This document shows, piece after piece, positions 9,142-17,611 of a stretch of DNA of 41,714 bases. Below the pieces are notes generated by a model that did no database searches, had not been told where the DNA came from, and was given only the letters and a program-made list of their open reading frames with translations. Origin of the DNA: an uncultured Candidatus Bathyarchaeia archaeon (GTDB taxonomy: Archaea; Thermoproteota; Bathyarchaeia; Bathyarchaeales; DTEX01); contig CAZGXE010000001.1 of the NCBI GenBank assembly GCA_964529605.1, forward strand, positions 1 through 41,714, in the 5' to 3' direction. The stretch's first letter is position 1, and each line of letters opens with the position of its first letter. The position numbers and the translations under genes are program-made.

Positions 9142-10485
9142 TTATTTTAGTTTTTTAATTAGTACCTGAGCCGCTAGGATCATTGGATCCCACGTTTCAG
9201 CGAGCGGCGGTGCATAGCATGTTTCAGCCTTCGCGAGCTCTCTTACAGTCATCTCCTTAAGTATTGCGAAGGAGAATGCGTTTATTCGTTGGGCTACGCC
9301 CTCCCATCCAACTATTTGCGCTCCAATAATCTTCTCCGTTTCCTTTTCTGCTAGAATTTTTATCCTCACTGGTAGGGCACCCGGATAATATGCTGCTCTT
9401 GTCTTACCACTGAATGTTGCCGAGATAGTTTCGATTCCTACTCTCCGAGCTGCTATCCCCGTCAGTCCAACGGTGCCTATCTCCACATCAAATAGTTTAG
9501 TGACGGCGGCCCCTAACACGCCTGGGAAAACAGCGTATCCGCCTGCGGCGTTTATTCCAGCAACCTTCCCTTGGCGGACAGCGGTTGTTCCCAACTGACA
9601 TACTGTGGGGCGTTTCGTGATAAAGCTTATTGATTCCACACAGTCTCCGCAGGCGTAAACGTCCTTGACATTTGTTTCCATACGCATATTAACTCTAATC
9701 AGTCTTCTTTCACCTAGATCTATTCCAGCTTTCTGGGCGAGCTCAGTGTTTCCCCTAACTCCGGTTGCGACGATAACGATGTCCGCTGGGATATGCTCGC
9801 CCGCCACAGCTACTCCACTGACTTTTTCGTCGCCTAGTATTTCATCAACTGAGTGGCCGGTGATTATGTTTAAGCCTTTTTTCTCCAGCTCCTTCTGGAC
9901 GAAAGTGGCCATGTCCTTGTCAAGCATGGCTGGGAGAATCTGAGGTAGGAGCTCAACGATTGTGGTTTTCAGTCCGCGCTCTACGAATGCCACACCTGTC
10001 TCTAAGCCTATTAAGCCAGCTCCAATGACAACTGCCGATTTAGAGTTTTTAATCGTCTGATCAATCTTCTCCCCATCCTCAATTGTTCTCAGCACATAGA
10101 CGCCCTGTTTATCTCTACCCTTAATTGGGGGAACAGCGGATTTAGCCCCAGTGGCTATTATCAGGCTATCGTACTGAAGTTTCTCTACCTGCCCGTTCTT
10201 GTATTGAACTTCAACCGTTTTGGCTTCTGTATCAATATTCGTAGCTTTTGTTTCAACCTTCAAATCAATTTTCATCATCTTGAAGTAGGAGGGTGGAAAA
10301 ACGATTAGGTCTTGGAAGCTTCCGATGTGTCCGCCTAAAACGAAGGGCAATCCGCAGCGGGAGTAACCGGCATACCGTTCGTTTGTTAGCATAGTTATTT
10401 CGGCTTTTCTGTCGGTAAGTCTCGCGGCTGCCGCAGCATCACATCCGGCGGTATGAGCTCCTATAATGACTATTTTCCTCGACAT
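9142..10485 (-). CDS. FAD-dependent pyridine nucleotide-disulfide oxidoreductase, NADH oxidase / CoA-disulfide reductase family
   Basis: It has the FAD fold IVIIGAHTAGCDAA, a single redox Cys in YSRCGLPF, the NAD fold AVVIGAGLIGLE, and the CGDC motif near the C-terminal part. Confidence 0.8.
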   Translation of the reverse strand: MSRKIVIIGAHTAGCDAAAAARLTDRKAEITMLTNERYAGYSRCGLPFVLGGHIGSFQDLIVFPPSYFKMMKIDLKVETKATNIDTEAKTVEVQYKNGQVEKLQYDSLIIATGAKSAVPPIKGRDKQGVYVLRTIEDGEKIDQTIKNSKSAVVIGAGLIGLETGVAFVERGLKTTIVELLPQILPAMLDKDMATFVQKELEKKGLNIITGHSVDEILGDEKVSGVAVAGEHIPADIVIVATGVRGNTELAQKAGIDLGERRLIRVNMRMETNVKDVYACGDCVESISFITKRPTVCQLGTTAVRQGKVAGINAAGGYAVFPGVLGAAVTKLFDVEIGTVGLTGIAARRVGIETISATFSGKTRAAYYPGALPVRIKILAEKETEKIIGAQIVGWEGVAQRINAFSFAILKEMTVRELAKAETCYAPPLAETWDPMILAAQVLIKKLK

Positions 10486-10491
10486 TTCAAT

Positions 10492-10935
10492 CTATTCCTT
10501 CGCAATTTCTTTATGCCATTCCACTGCCCGCTCAAAATTCATTAGTGTTTTGAGCTCCTCCTCGAGATTGTCCGGTTCAATCACTAGTAGCCATCCTTTG
10601 CCATAGGGGTCCTCATTGATTATTTCAGGGCTGTCGCTTGCTTCAGTGTTGACTTCAACAACTTTACCGGTTAGCGGCGATATTAGATCAGATACGGATT
10701 TAACTGATTCAAGTGTTCCGAACGGTTCATCCTTTTTCACTTCAGCTCCGACCTCAGGTAGCTCAGCGAAAACTATTTCACGCATTTGCTTTTGTGCATA
10801 ATCGGTTATGCCGACCCTTGCCTTCCCATCTTCCACCTTAATCCACATCCAATCCTTAGAGTAGTATAGCCCCTCAGGAACTTCATAACCTTCAACTTCA
10901 ACCAACCTACACCACCTCAAAAACAAATATTTCAT
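10492..10935 (-). CDS. gcvH: Glycine-cleavage H protein-like lipoyl carrier
   Basis: GITDYAQ and the lipoyl-lysine motif LESVKSVSDLISPLTGKVVEVN are present. The true start may be the TTG at about 10905, which is preceded by GAGGTGGTG. Confidence 0.85.
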   Translation of the reverse strand: MKYLFLRWCRLVEVEGYEVPEGLYYSKDWMWIKVEDGKARVGITDYAQKQMREIVFAELPEVGAEVKKDEPFGTLESVKSVSDLISPLTGKVVEVNTEASDSPEIINEDPYGKGWLLVIEPDNLEEELKTLMNFERAVEWHKEIAKE

Positions 10936-10988
10936 AATTAATTTAAAGTTAACGTTTAATGAAGAATTAATCTGGCACCTAAAGGGGT

Positions 10989-11411
10989 GTGAATGAATCG
11001 ATGGCTAAAAAAGTTTTCATTTCAGGTCCAATTCAAGGAGTGGAAGATAGACAGTCCTATAGGGATAGAATCCGTGCGCTACTAACCAGATACGGCTATG
11101 AACCCATAGATCCCTGGCAACGTGAAAAGATTCTCTATAGAGGTCCGCCGGAAAATTGGTGGAGTCGGGTTCCGCCTAGAGATTTCATTAGGAGGGATCT
11201 TGAGGATATCGATAGATGTAATACTCTCGTCGCTTATCTACCTAAGCTTTCGGCTGGAACCTGTATGGAATTATTCTACGCGAAACTTAAGGGTAAGAGA
11301 ACCGTTACGATCTGCAGACTTAAGAATCCGAGTCCATGGATTATAGAGCACTCCGACATCATTGTCAAAAATTTCAGGGAGTTCGAGAAAATTCTGAGGG
11401 AGGGGATATAG
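10989..11411 (+). CDS. Nucleoside 2-deoxyribosyltransferase-like superfamily protein (function unknown)
   Basis: KVFISGPIQG at the N-terminus plus DIDRCNTLVAYLPKLSAGTCMELFYAKLKGK fit the NDT-like Rossmann pattern. The alternative start is the ATG at 11001. Confidence 0.45.
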   Translation: MNESMAKKVFISGPIQGVEDRQSYRDRIRALLTRYGYEPIDPWQREKILYRGPPENWWSRVPPRDFIRRDLEDIDRCNTLVAYLPKLSAGTCMELFYAKLKGKRTVTICRLKNPSPWIIEHSDIIVKNFREFEKILREGI

Positions 11412-11429
11412 GCGAGTGCAGTCCGCTGG

Positions 11430-11714
11430 CTATGTTGATCTTTCAAGCTCTTCTCTCTTTTTCAGAAAGTCCGATATTGATGAAGCTCTCACAAGACTCT
11501 TAACAACAATCATCTTCCCACGAAGTAGGTCAAAGAGTCTTCTAACCTCTCTCTCATCTAAACTTGCTATGTTTATGAATATCATTGATGAAAAATATTG
11601 TGCGAAGAGATACGGATCCCTACGTATAACGAAGGGACTCTGTTCAGCCACAAGCCTAAAGGTTCCAACATCATCCACTTCAATAAACTCTTGAACCACA
11701 AGATCACCCTGCAA
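11430..11714 (-). CDS. Hypothetical protein (94 aa)
   Basis: It is co-oriented with and 45 nt downstream of the DUF460 gene. The overlapping plus-strand ORF is Ser/Leu-rich and looks like a shadow ORF. No recognisable motif. Confidence 0.35.
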   Translation of the reverse strand: MQGDLVVQEFIEVDDVGTFRLVAEQSPFVIRRDPYLFAQYFSSMIFINIASLDEREVRRLFDLLRGKMIVVKSLVRASSISDFLKKREELERST

Positions 11715-11759
11715 AACTACGAAATTTCGAACTTATAATACTTCTCTTAGTGAATAGTT

Positions 11760-13133
11760 TTATTCCTCATTAATTCTCCGCTCTTCTAGATCCCTTAAGT
11801 AATCGGAGATAATCATTTTCAACATTTCAGTATTATCCGAGGTTCCTATTTTTCTTCTTTCCCTAATGAGTCTCTTAACTTCTTCCGAGTTAGCGTAGGG
11901 CAATCCCTCCCTCCATCTAATATTTAATTCGTCGGCGGGTATTACTGGGACATAATATTTCTCGAAAACCTCGAGAGCCTGATGCGACATGTTGCCTCTA
12001 ATAACGATCGCTTTCACACCTCTTTTAACAAGGTTTTCAGCGGTTATGGATCCGCCGCCGCTTGAATCCAAAATGAAAACTAGATCTCCAACCCTAATAT
12101 TATACAGCTTGAACGCCTTTTCCAGCCCTTCCCTAGTAAATTGTTCGATGGGTTTTAATAGAACAAGATTCCTCATGGCCTCTAGATTCCTCAAACGCTG
12201 AAAGTGACCGAGCGTCTGCCTGTATGCTTCTATTTGGGCCTCCTGATCCTTAATCTTATTTTTGAGGAAATCTATCTCTTCCGCAAGCCGACGATATTCT
12301 CTTTCCCGTCTTATTTGAGCAGTCTGCTCACTACGGACTTTCCTTAATGCCTCCTGTAGGTTTTCGATCTTCACGTTTAGGGCCTTTATCTTTAACCGGA
12401 GCTCCCTATTTGCATCCCTCAAACGTTTGCATCTCTCTTTTTCAAGCATAAGCCTTGAAGTTAATTCCTCGATTAGCTCCTTCATCCTTTTCTCTCTGGG
12501 AGTGGTTCTATTCACGGTTATCCGCATCCTAGAAGCATCAGATTTCTGAAGAACTTTTATGGCCCTGGATATACTGTAGCCGCGAACAACCAAATCTTTG
12601 ACGTCATCAGGGAATAGATTAATGTTGCCCTCCTTTAGTCTAGCGTCAACCTGCTCAAACTTATTCTTATAATGCTGATAGGCCTTAATGGCCGCGGCTA
12701 AGGCATCGATTTCATGCATGTTTTCAACTTTGATATTATAGCGATCTACATATGCCCTTGCCAACTTATGCTTCTCCTCAGAGCTCATGGAGATCACAGG
12801 CTCGAAGAGCACGGCGTTAAGTTTTTTCGAAAGGTTCTCAAGAAGGCTTGATGCTGGCGAAACATCACTAGAGATTATTGTCGGCTCACCTAATCTTGTG
12901 ATTCTCTCTATGATCCTCGTTAAGGACCAGCCTCTATGGCTTTCCACGAGAACCGGTGTTCCATTAAATGTTAAAATGGCTAGACCGCAGTTAAGTCCAG
13001 GGTCAACTCCAACGATAAGTCTTCTTTTCCTAAAATTTTTTGACATACGATCATAACTTATGCGTTTTCCTCTTAAATTATCTTCTATTCTAATCAAGTC
13101 TACCCTTGTCAAAATTCTGCATGAATATGTCAC
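11760..13133 (-). CDS. DUF460 / COG2433-type protein: N-terminal RNase-H-fold (RuvC/YqgF-like) domain, central coiled coil, C-terminal alpha/beta domain
   Basis: LIVGVDPGLNCGLAIL, SSDVSP and HEIDALAAA give the acidic pattern of RuvC/YqgF-fold nucleases. A long heptad region spans about residues 215-330. The GTG start overlaps the rio2 stop (GTGA). Confidence 0.7.
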   Translation of the reverse strand: MTYSCRILTRVDLIRIEDNLRGKRISYDRMSKNFRKRRLIVGVDPGLNCGLAILTFNGTPVLVESHRGWSLTRIIERITRLGEPTIISSDVSPASSLLENLSKKLNAVLFEPVISMSSEEKHKLARAYVDRYNIKVENMHEIDALAAAIKAYQHYKNKFEQVDARLKEGNINLFPDDVKDLVVRGYSISRAIKVLQKSDASRMRITVNRTTPREKRMKELIEELTSRLMLEKERCKRLRDANRELRLKIKALNVKIENLQEALRKVRSEQTAQIRREREYRRLAEEIDFLKNKIKDQEAQIEAYRQTLGHFQRLRNLEAMRNLVLLKPIEQFTREGLEKAFKLYNIRVGDLVFILDSSGGGSITAENLVKRGVKAIVIRGNMSHQALEVFEKYYVPVIPADELNIRWREGLPYANSEEVKRLIRERRKIGTSDNTEMLKMIISDYLRDLEERRINEE

Positions 13134-14029
13134 TTAGATGATTTAATGTTGTTTAAGGTTTCCTCCAAATCTTTAGTGACATTAAATTTTCTCCTAAAGA
13201 ATCTTAGTATGTTCCAAACATCTCTTCTCAAAAGAATTTCAGCGTTTGGATGATCTATTCTAACGAATTGAGGCCAGTCTATTATTAGGACACGCCAGCT
13301 AGGGGTTAAGACAACATTGAATTCGCTTAGATCTCCATGTATAACTTCAGCTTCAACATATGCTTTTCTCACATTATCTAAAATCTCATCTAAGATGAAG
13401 CTTGGGTCAGGTATTTCTGTAAACCGGAAGAGGCATTCACCCTCTATCATGCCCATAACCACAACATGCCTATTATAGCCAACTGGCTTAGGCACGGAAA
13501 CACCGTGCGAATAAACGAGCCTCAAAGCCTCATTCTCTCTCTCAGCAGCTAAGCGTGATTGATAAAGCCAAGAAACATGTCTCCTATCAAGCAAGTAGCC
13601 TCTAAGCCTTCTTGTCTGTCGAAAACTCGTCCTACCCAGCCGATGGAATTTCACAGCCACCCTCTCACCACTCTGAGTAAGAGCGTCATAAACATCTGAT
13701 TCCTTACCAACACCTAATGGTTTGCCTAGTGAATCAAGAATTCCAGCCTTAACCAAAGCGTTTAGGGCTAAACAATCGTAGCCAGCCATATTCAGCATAT
13801 AACCCACATAGGGGCCTACCCACCGGTATATCAAGCCTAAAGCATTCAATCTTGTAAGGCGATATTTAACCTCCTTCTCGGCTAAACCGCTGAGCTTCAA
13901 AATATCCTTCTCTGGAACAAATCTGTGCCGGCTTAGATCAATCTCTATGATCATCAGTATCTTTAGGTCTTCAGGCTCAAGCTCACGAAAAACTCTGGCG
14001 GCAACATCGGCTGATGACATACACAACAA
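13130..14029 (-). CDS. rio2: RIO-type serine/threonine kinase Rio2 (winged-helix N-domain plus RIO domain)
   Basis: It has an N-terminal wHTH (KYRLTRLNALGLI). The RIO kinase motifs are GVGKESDVY, VAVKFHRLGRTSFR, HGDLSEFNVV and IIDWPQ. Confidence 0.85.
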   Translation of the reverse strand: MLCMSSADVAARVFRELEPEDLKILMIIEIDLSRHRFVPEKDILKLSGLAEKEVKYRLTRLNALGLIYRWVGPYVGYMLNMAGYDCLALNALVKAGILDSLGKPLGVGKESDVYDALTQSGERVAVKFHRLGRTSFRQTRRLRGYLLDRRHVSWLYQSRLAAERENEALRLVYSHGVSVPKPVGYNRHVVVMGMIEGECLFRFTEIPDPSFILDEILDNVRKAYVEAEVIHGDLSEFNVVLTPSWRVLIIDWPQFVRIDHPNAEILLRRDVWNILRFFRRKFNVTKDLEETLNNIKSSK

Positions 14030-14136
14030 AGAATTACAAGATTAATCCATTTAAGCTTTTGACTTAGCTGTTCATTTATGGGAATAAATATTTAAACCAA
14101 GAAGGAATACATTAAAGAGAACCGATTATTCCCGTG

Positions 14137-14698
14137 ATGTATGTTTTGGGAATAACTCTAACACCGAATGAAAAGTTCTTCACAATTCAGAAAGGTGAAA
14201 TCTCTAGGATAGATATTGAAAATTGGCGTCTAATGGTTGATGGATGCGTTAAGAAACCATTAAACCCTATCATATGAGGAGTTAAATGCTCTACCGCATA
14301 CCCGACTTATTGAGGTTCTTGAATGCTGTGATAATTCTCCGGGAGGTTCCTTAATAGGTGTCGCTGAGTGGGAAGGCGTTCTCCTCAGTAGAATTTTAGA
14401 GATGGCGCAGCCTAAAGATAATGCCTCATCGATAATAATTCATTCCCTAGACGGATACTCCACGAATCACAAGATTAATTATGTGAAGAAAACATGCGTC
14501 ATACTTGCTTTTAAAACGAACGGAGCAACCTTGCCAATTGAGCATGGATATCCCGCGAGGCTTGTGGCGCCTGGAATGTATGGATATAAATGGGCTGAAT
14601 GGATTTATAAATTGGAGGTTTCGGAGACCGAGAAACCCGGTTACTGGGAGAAAAGAGGTTATCCCCCCGAACTCTACAGAGGCTCTTACAGGACTTAA
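14137..14698 (+). pseudogene. Molybdopterin-binding oxidoreductase (sulfite-oxidase/YedY fold), interrupted by a 1-nt frameshift
   Basis: Frame 1 (14137-14277) gives TPNEKFFTIQKG...WRLMVDGCVKKPLNP and then a stop. Frame 2 (open from 14264) continues LSYEELNALP...VLECCDNSPGG...HGYPARLVAPGMYGYKWAEW. The two join if one C is removed from the run at 14265-14267. Confidence 0.7.
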
Positions 14699-14771
14699 AA
14701 CATAGTTGCTTCCAATCCCCTATAGATTATTAATTAGACACTATAAAACCATTTTAGATGTTAATTGGACG

Positions 14772-14786
14772 CTATACTTTTATATG
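14772..14786 (+). promoter_or_regulatory. Putative TATA box for the secE-spt5-L11-L1-L10 operon
   Basis: TTTTATAT at 14778-14785 ends 25 nt upstream of the secE ATG. This suggests a leaderless or very short-leader mRNA. Confidence 0.35.
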
Positions 14787-14810
14787 GGCTTTTCACTTTT
14801 CTTGAGTTAG

Positions 14811-15014
14811 ATGGTGAATTTAACCTTGGGGCTAAGGTCATTTATAAAATCAAGCTTAAGACTGCTTAAGTTCGCTAAGAAGCCTGGTAGAGACGAGCTA
14901 TGGCTATCCATAAAAATATGCTTCTTAGGTATACTCCTAGTCGGTTTAATCGGCTTTGTGATATACACGCTTGCAGGCTTTATTAGATCCGGTATACTAT
15001 TGCCTGGTGCGTGA
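14811..15014 (+). CDS. secE: Preprotein translocase subunit SecE (Sec61 gamma)
   Basis: LLKFAKKPGRDELW is followed by a single TM helix, ICFLGILLVGLIGFVIY. It sits in the conserved position immediately upstream of spt5-L11. Confidence 0.75.
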   Translation: MVNLTLGLRSFIKSSLRLLKFAKKPGRDELWLSIKICFLGILLVGLIGFVIYTLAGFIRSGILLPGA

Positions 15015-15490
15015 AAAGTTTGAGTGAAGAGGAATCTGCACGAATCTTTGTAGTGAGCACAACAGTTGGCCAAGAAAAGAATGTTGCTAAGATAATCATG
15101 GGGCGTGTTGAAGTAAATAACATACCAATAAAGGCGATACTTATACCTGAAAGCTTAAAGGGTTACATATTTATTGAAGCTGATGGACCGCACATAGTCG
15201 AGCGGGCTGCTGTAAACATTAAACATGTTAAGTCAAGAATGCCGGGCGCTCTGCCTTTTTCAGAGATTAAAAAGTATATTTTAGTGAAGCCGACAATCGA
15301 TGAATTGGACGTTAATGACATCATAGAGGTCATTGGGGGACCATTTAGGGGAATGAAGGCTAGAGTAACTGACATAGACAGGAATAAAGAGGAGGTAACA
15401 ATAGAGTTGCTGGAGGCTTCCTTCACTTTACCAGTTATAGTTCACGCTGATTACGTCAAGCTTGTATCTAAGGGAAAGGAGAAGAAATAG
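15011..15490 (+). CDS. spt5: Transcription elongation factor Spt5 (NusG homolog)
   Basis: It has an NGN domain (IFVVSTTVGQEKNVA, GYIFIEA) and a KOW motif (VIGGPFRGMKARV). The GTG start overlaps the secE stop. Confidence 0.9.
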   Translation: MKSLSEEESARIFVVSTTVGQEKNVAKIIMGRVEVNNIPIKAILIPESLKGYIFIEADGPHIVERAAVNIKHVKSRMPGALPFSEIKKYILVKPTIDELDVNDIIEVIGGPFRGMKARVTDIDRNKEEVTIELLEASFTLPVIVHADYVKLVSKGKEKK

Positions 15491-15491
15491 T

Positions 15492-15989
15492 ATGCCGGCT
15501 GAGAAGAAAGTTATTAATCTAGTGGTTAGCGGTGGACATGCAACAGCCGGGCCGCCTATAGGTCCAGTTTTAGGACCTTTAGGCGTGAACGTTGTTGCCA
15601 TAGTGAATAAGATAAATGAATTGACGAAGGAATATGCTGGAATGAAAGTTCCAGTCAAAGTGATAGTTGACCCCGAGACTAAAGAGTTTGAGGTTTCAGT
15701 TGGTATACCGACAACGGCGGCTCTAATCGTCAAGGAGGCTGGAATAGAAAAGGGTTCTGGTAAACCTAATGCTGAGAAGGTTGGCAACCTATCAATGGAG
15801 CAAGTTGTAAAAATCACCAAAATAAAGAGAAGCAAGCTCCTAGCGAAGAGCTTGAAGGCTGCTGTTAAAGAGATTATTGGTACCTGTGTAAGTATGGGGG
15901 TTACAGTTGAGGGAAAGGAGCCAAAGGTTGTCCTCAGAGAGATTGATGAGGGCAAATATGATAAAGTGATAGGAGAAACTGAAAAGTAA
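15492..15989 (+). CDS. rpl11: Ribosomal protein uL11
   Basis: GGHATAGPPIGPVLGPLGVNV is the uL11 signature. The start is the ATG at 15492, within the listed ORF 15462..15989. Confidence 0.95.
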   Translation: MPAEKKVINLVVSGGHATAGPPIGPVLGPLGVNVVAIVNKINELTKEYAGMKVPVKVIVDPETKEFEVSVGIPTTAALIVKEAGIEKGSGKPNAEKVGNLSMEQVVKITKIKRSKLLAKSLKAAVKEIIGTCVSMGVTVEGKEPKVVLREIDEGKYDKVIGETEK

Positions 15990-16050
15990 CAATAACATTT
16001 TTATCCTAATTATTCATATTCTTCTCATCTTCCGGAGCTGGATTCAAGGA

Positions 16051-16710
16051 ATGTCTTTGGAAAGAAAATATCTGAAGGAAGCTCTTAAAGAGCTAAGGGA
16101 GAAAACGGCGAAAAGAAACTTTAGCCAATCAGTAGAGTTGATTATAAACCTCAGAGATGTAGATGTTAGTAAGCCTGAAAACAGGATACGTGAGGTTATT
16201 GAGCTTCCCCATCCGATAGGTAAGAAAGTTAATGTTTGCGTTTTCGCCTCCGGCGACATTGCCCTAAGGGCTAGGAGAGCCGGAGCGGATCTGGTTTTAG
16301 AGCGGGAAGAGATTGAAAGTCTCATGAACGATAAGAAGAAGCAGAGGCAAATAGCGAAGCAAATTGACTTCTTCATCGCAACCGCGCCCCTAATGCCTTT
16401 AGTCGGCAGAGTCTTCGGTTCAATCCTAGGTCCTAGAGGTAAAATGCCCACACCAATATCGCCAACCGCAGACATAGAGCGTGAAATCGAGAGACATAGG
16501 CGGCTTACCACCGTTAGAACGCGCGGTCAGCCAGTTTTAAGCTGCCGCGTCGGCACGGAGAACATGAGTGACGAGGATATAATCGACAACATTGAAGCCG
16601 TAGTAAGGAAAATTGAGGGAAAGCTCAGAAGAGGCATCAAAAACATAGATTCCATATACATTAAGGCTTCTATGGGCCCGCCAATAAAAGTTAAGATTAA
16701 GGAGGAGTAG
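16051..16710 (+). CDS. rpl1: Ribosomal protein uL1
   Basis: FSQSVELIINLRDVD and GPRGKMPTP motifs are present, and it sits in the conserved L11-L1-L10 order. Confidence 0.95.
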   Translation: MSLERKYLKEALKELREKTAKRNFSQSVELIINLRDVDVSKPENRIREVIELPHPIGKKVNVCVFASGDIALRARRAGADLVLEREEIESLMNDKKKQRQIAKQIDFFIATAPLMPLVGRVFGSILGPRGKMPTPISPTADIEREIERHRRLTTVRTRGQPVLSCRVGTENMSDEDIIDNIEAVVRKIEGKLRRGIKNIDSIYIKASMGPPIKVKIKEE

Positions 16711-16715
16711 AGGGG

Positions 16716-17588
16716 TTGCTGACCCAAGCACGCCGAGTATTACTTGAGAAATCTGAGAAGGTTGAGGAGATAAAAAGTCTACTAATGAAGTATAAGGTTC
16801 TAGGCATTGCAGATCTACGTAAGGTGAGGGCGCAACAACTTCAGGAGATAAGGAAAAAGCTGGAAAGTATTGCTCATCTAAAAGTTTATAAGAACACGCT
16901 GGTTAAGAGGGCTGCCAGCGCCCTTAAGGACAAACAGAATCTGGAGAAGCTTGAGAAGCACATGCAAGGTTCAAACCTCTATATTTTCACAAATTATAAT
17001 CCATTCAAGCTTGCCCTCTTGCTTGAAAGGAGTAAAGTGAGGGCTCTGGCTAGAGCTGGTGACATAGCGACTGAGGATATAATTGTTCCAGCTGGCAACA
17101 CTGGTCTTCCACCTGGTCCAGTTATCAGCCAGCTCAACGCTGTTGGTATACCGACGCGTATAGAAGGCGGAAGCGTCTGGGTTAGCAGAGACACTCTTGT
17201 GGCGAGAAAAGGGGACGTTATAAGCGAGAGTCTCGCGGCAGCCCTATCGAAGCTTGGCCTCAAACCAATAGAGCTCGGCCTATCTATTAAGGTAGTCTAT
17301 GATGATGGATCCGTTTTCTCGGGGAAAGATCTAAAAATAGACCTTGATGATTACAAGCGGAATATCGGAGGAGCATACGCTCAAGCCCTAAACTTAGCGT
17401 TGAACTCAGCATATCCAACATCAGAGACAATAGCGTTGCTACTACAGAAGGCTATGTTTGAAGCGAGAAATCTAACTCTAAACGCTGAAGTCTTCCTGCC
17501 GGAGGTGCTGCCGGATCTCTTAGTGAAAGCCCATCTTGAAGCCTCAGCTTTAGAAGCAAAAATTCGTGAGAAAGAAGCAAGCGGATAA
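16716..17588 (+). CDS. rpl10: Ribosomal stalk protein uL10 (P0), short form
   Basis: N-terminal uL10 motifs (LRKVRAQQLQEIRKKL, LVKRA) and the archaeal domain-II insert are present. The protein ends at 290 aa without the acidic/hydrophobic stalk tail. Confidence 0.85.
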   Translation: MLTQARRVLLEKSEKVEEIKSLLMKYKVLGIADLRKVRAQQLQEIRKKLESIAHLKVYKNTLVKRAASALKDKQNLEKLEKHMQGSNLYIFTNYNPFKLALLLERSKVRALARAGDIATEDIIVPAGNTGLPPGPVISQLNAVGIPTRIEGGSVWVSRDTLVARKGDVISESLAAALSKLGLKPIELGLSIKVVYDDGSVFSGKDLKIDLDDYKRNIGGAYAQALNLALNSAYPTSETIALLLQKAMFEARNLTLNAEVFLPEVLPDLLVKAHLEASALEAKIREKEASG

Positions 17589-17611
17589 TTGTCCACTGCA
17601 CCTATGAAAAC

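Noticed and set aside
11416-11694. Plus-strand 92-aa ORF overlapping the minus-strand 94-aa ORF.
   Set aside because: Its Ser/Leu/Thr-rich composition suggests a shadow ORF. The minus-strand ORF fits the rio2-DUF460 operon orientation. Neither ORF is strongly supported, so only the minus-strand one is listed, at low confidence.
15428-15955. Long antisense ORFs opposite highly conserved genes. These are 15428..15955, 16044..16511, 16994..17263, 29773..30330, 29327..29776, 31695..32213, 37625..38284, 1440..1832 and 27169..27555.
   Set aside because: Each lies fully inside a gene with unmistakable family motifs on the other strand. Each has the Ser/Leu/Pro-rich, low-complexity composition of shadow ORFs, and none has recognisable motifs or start context.
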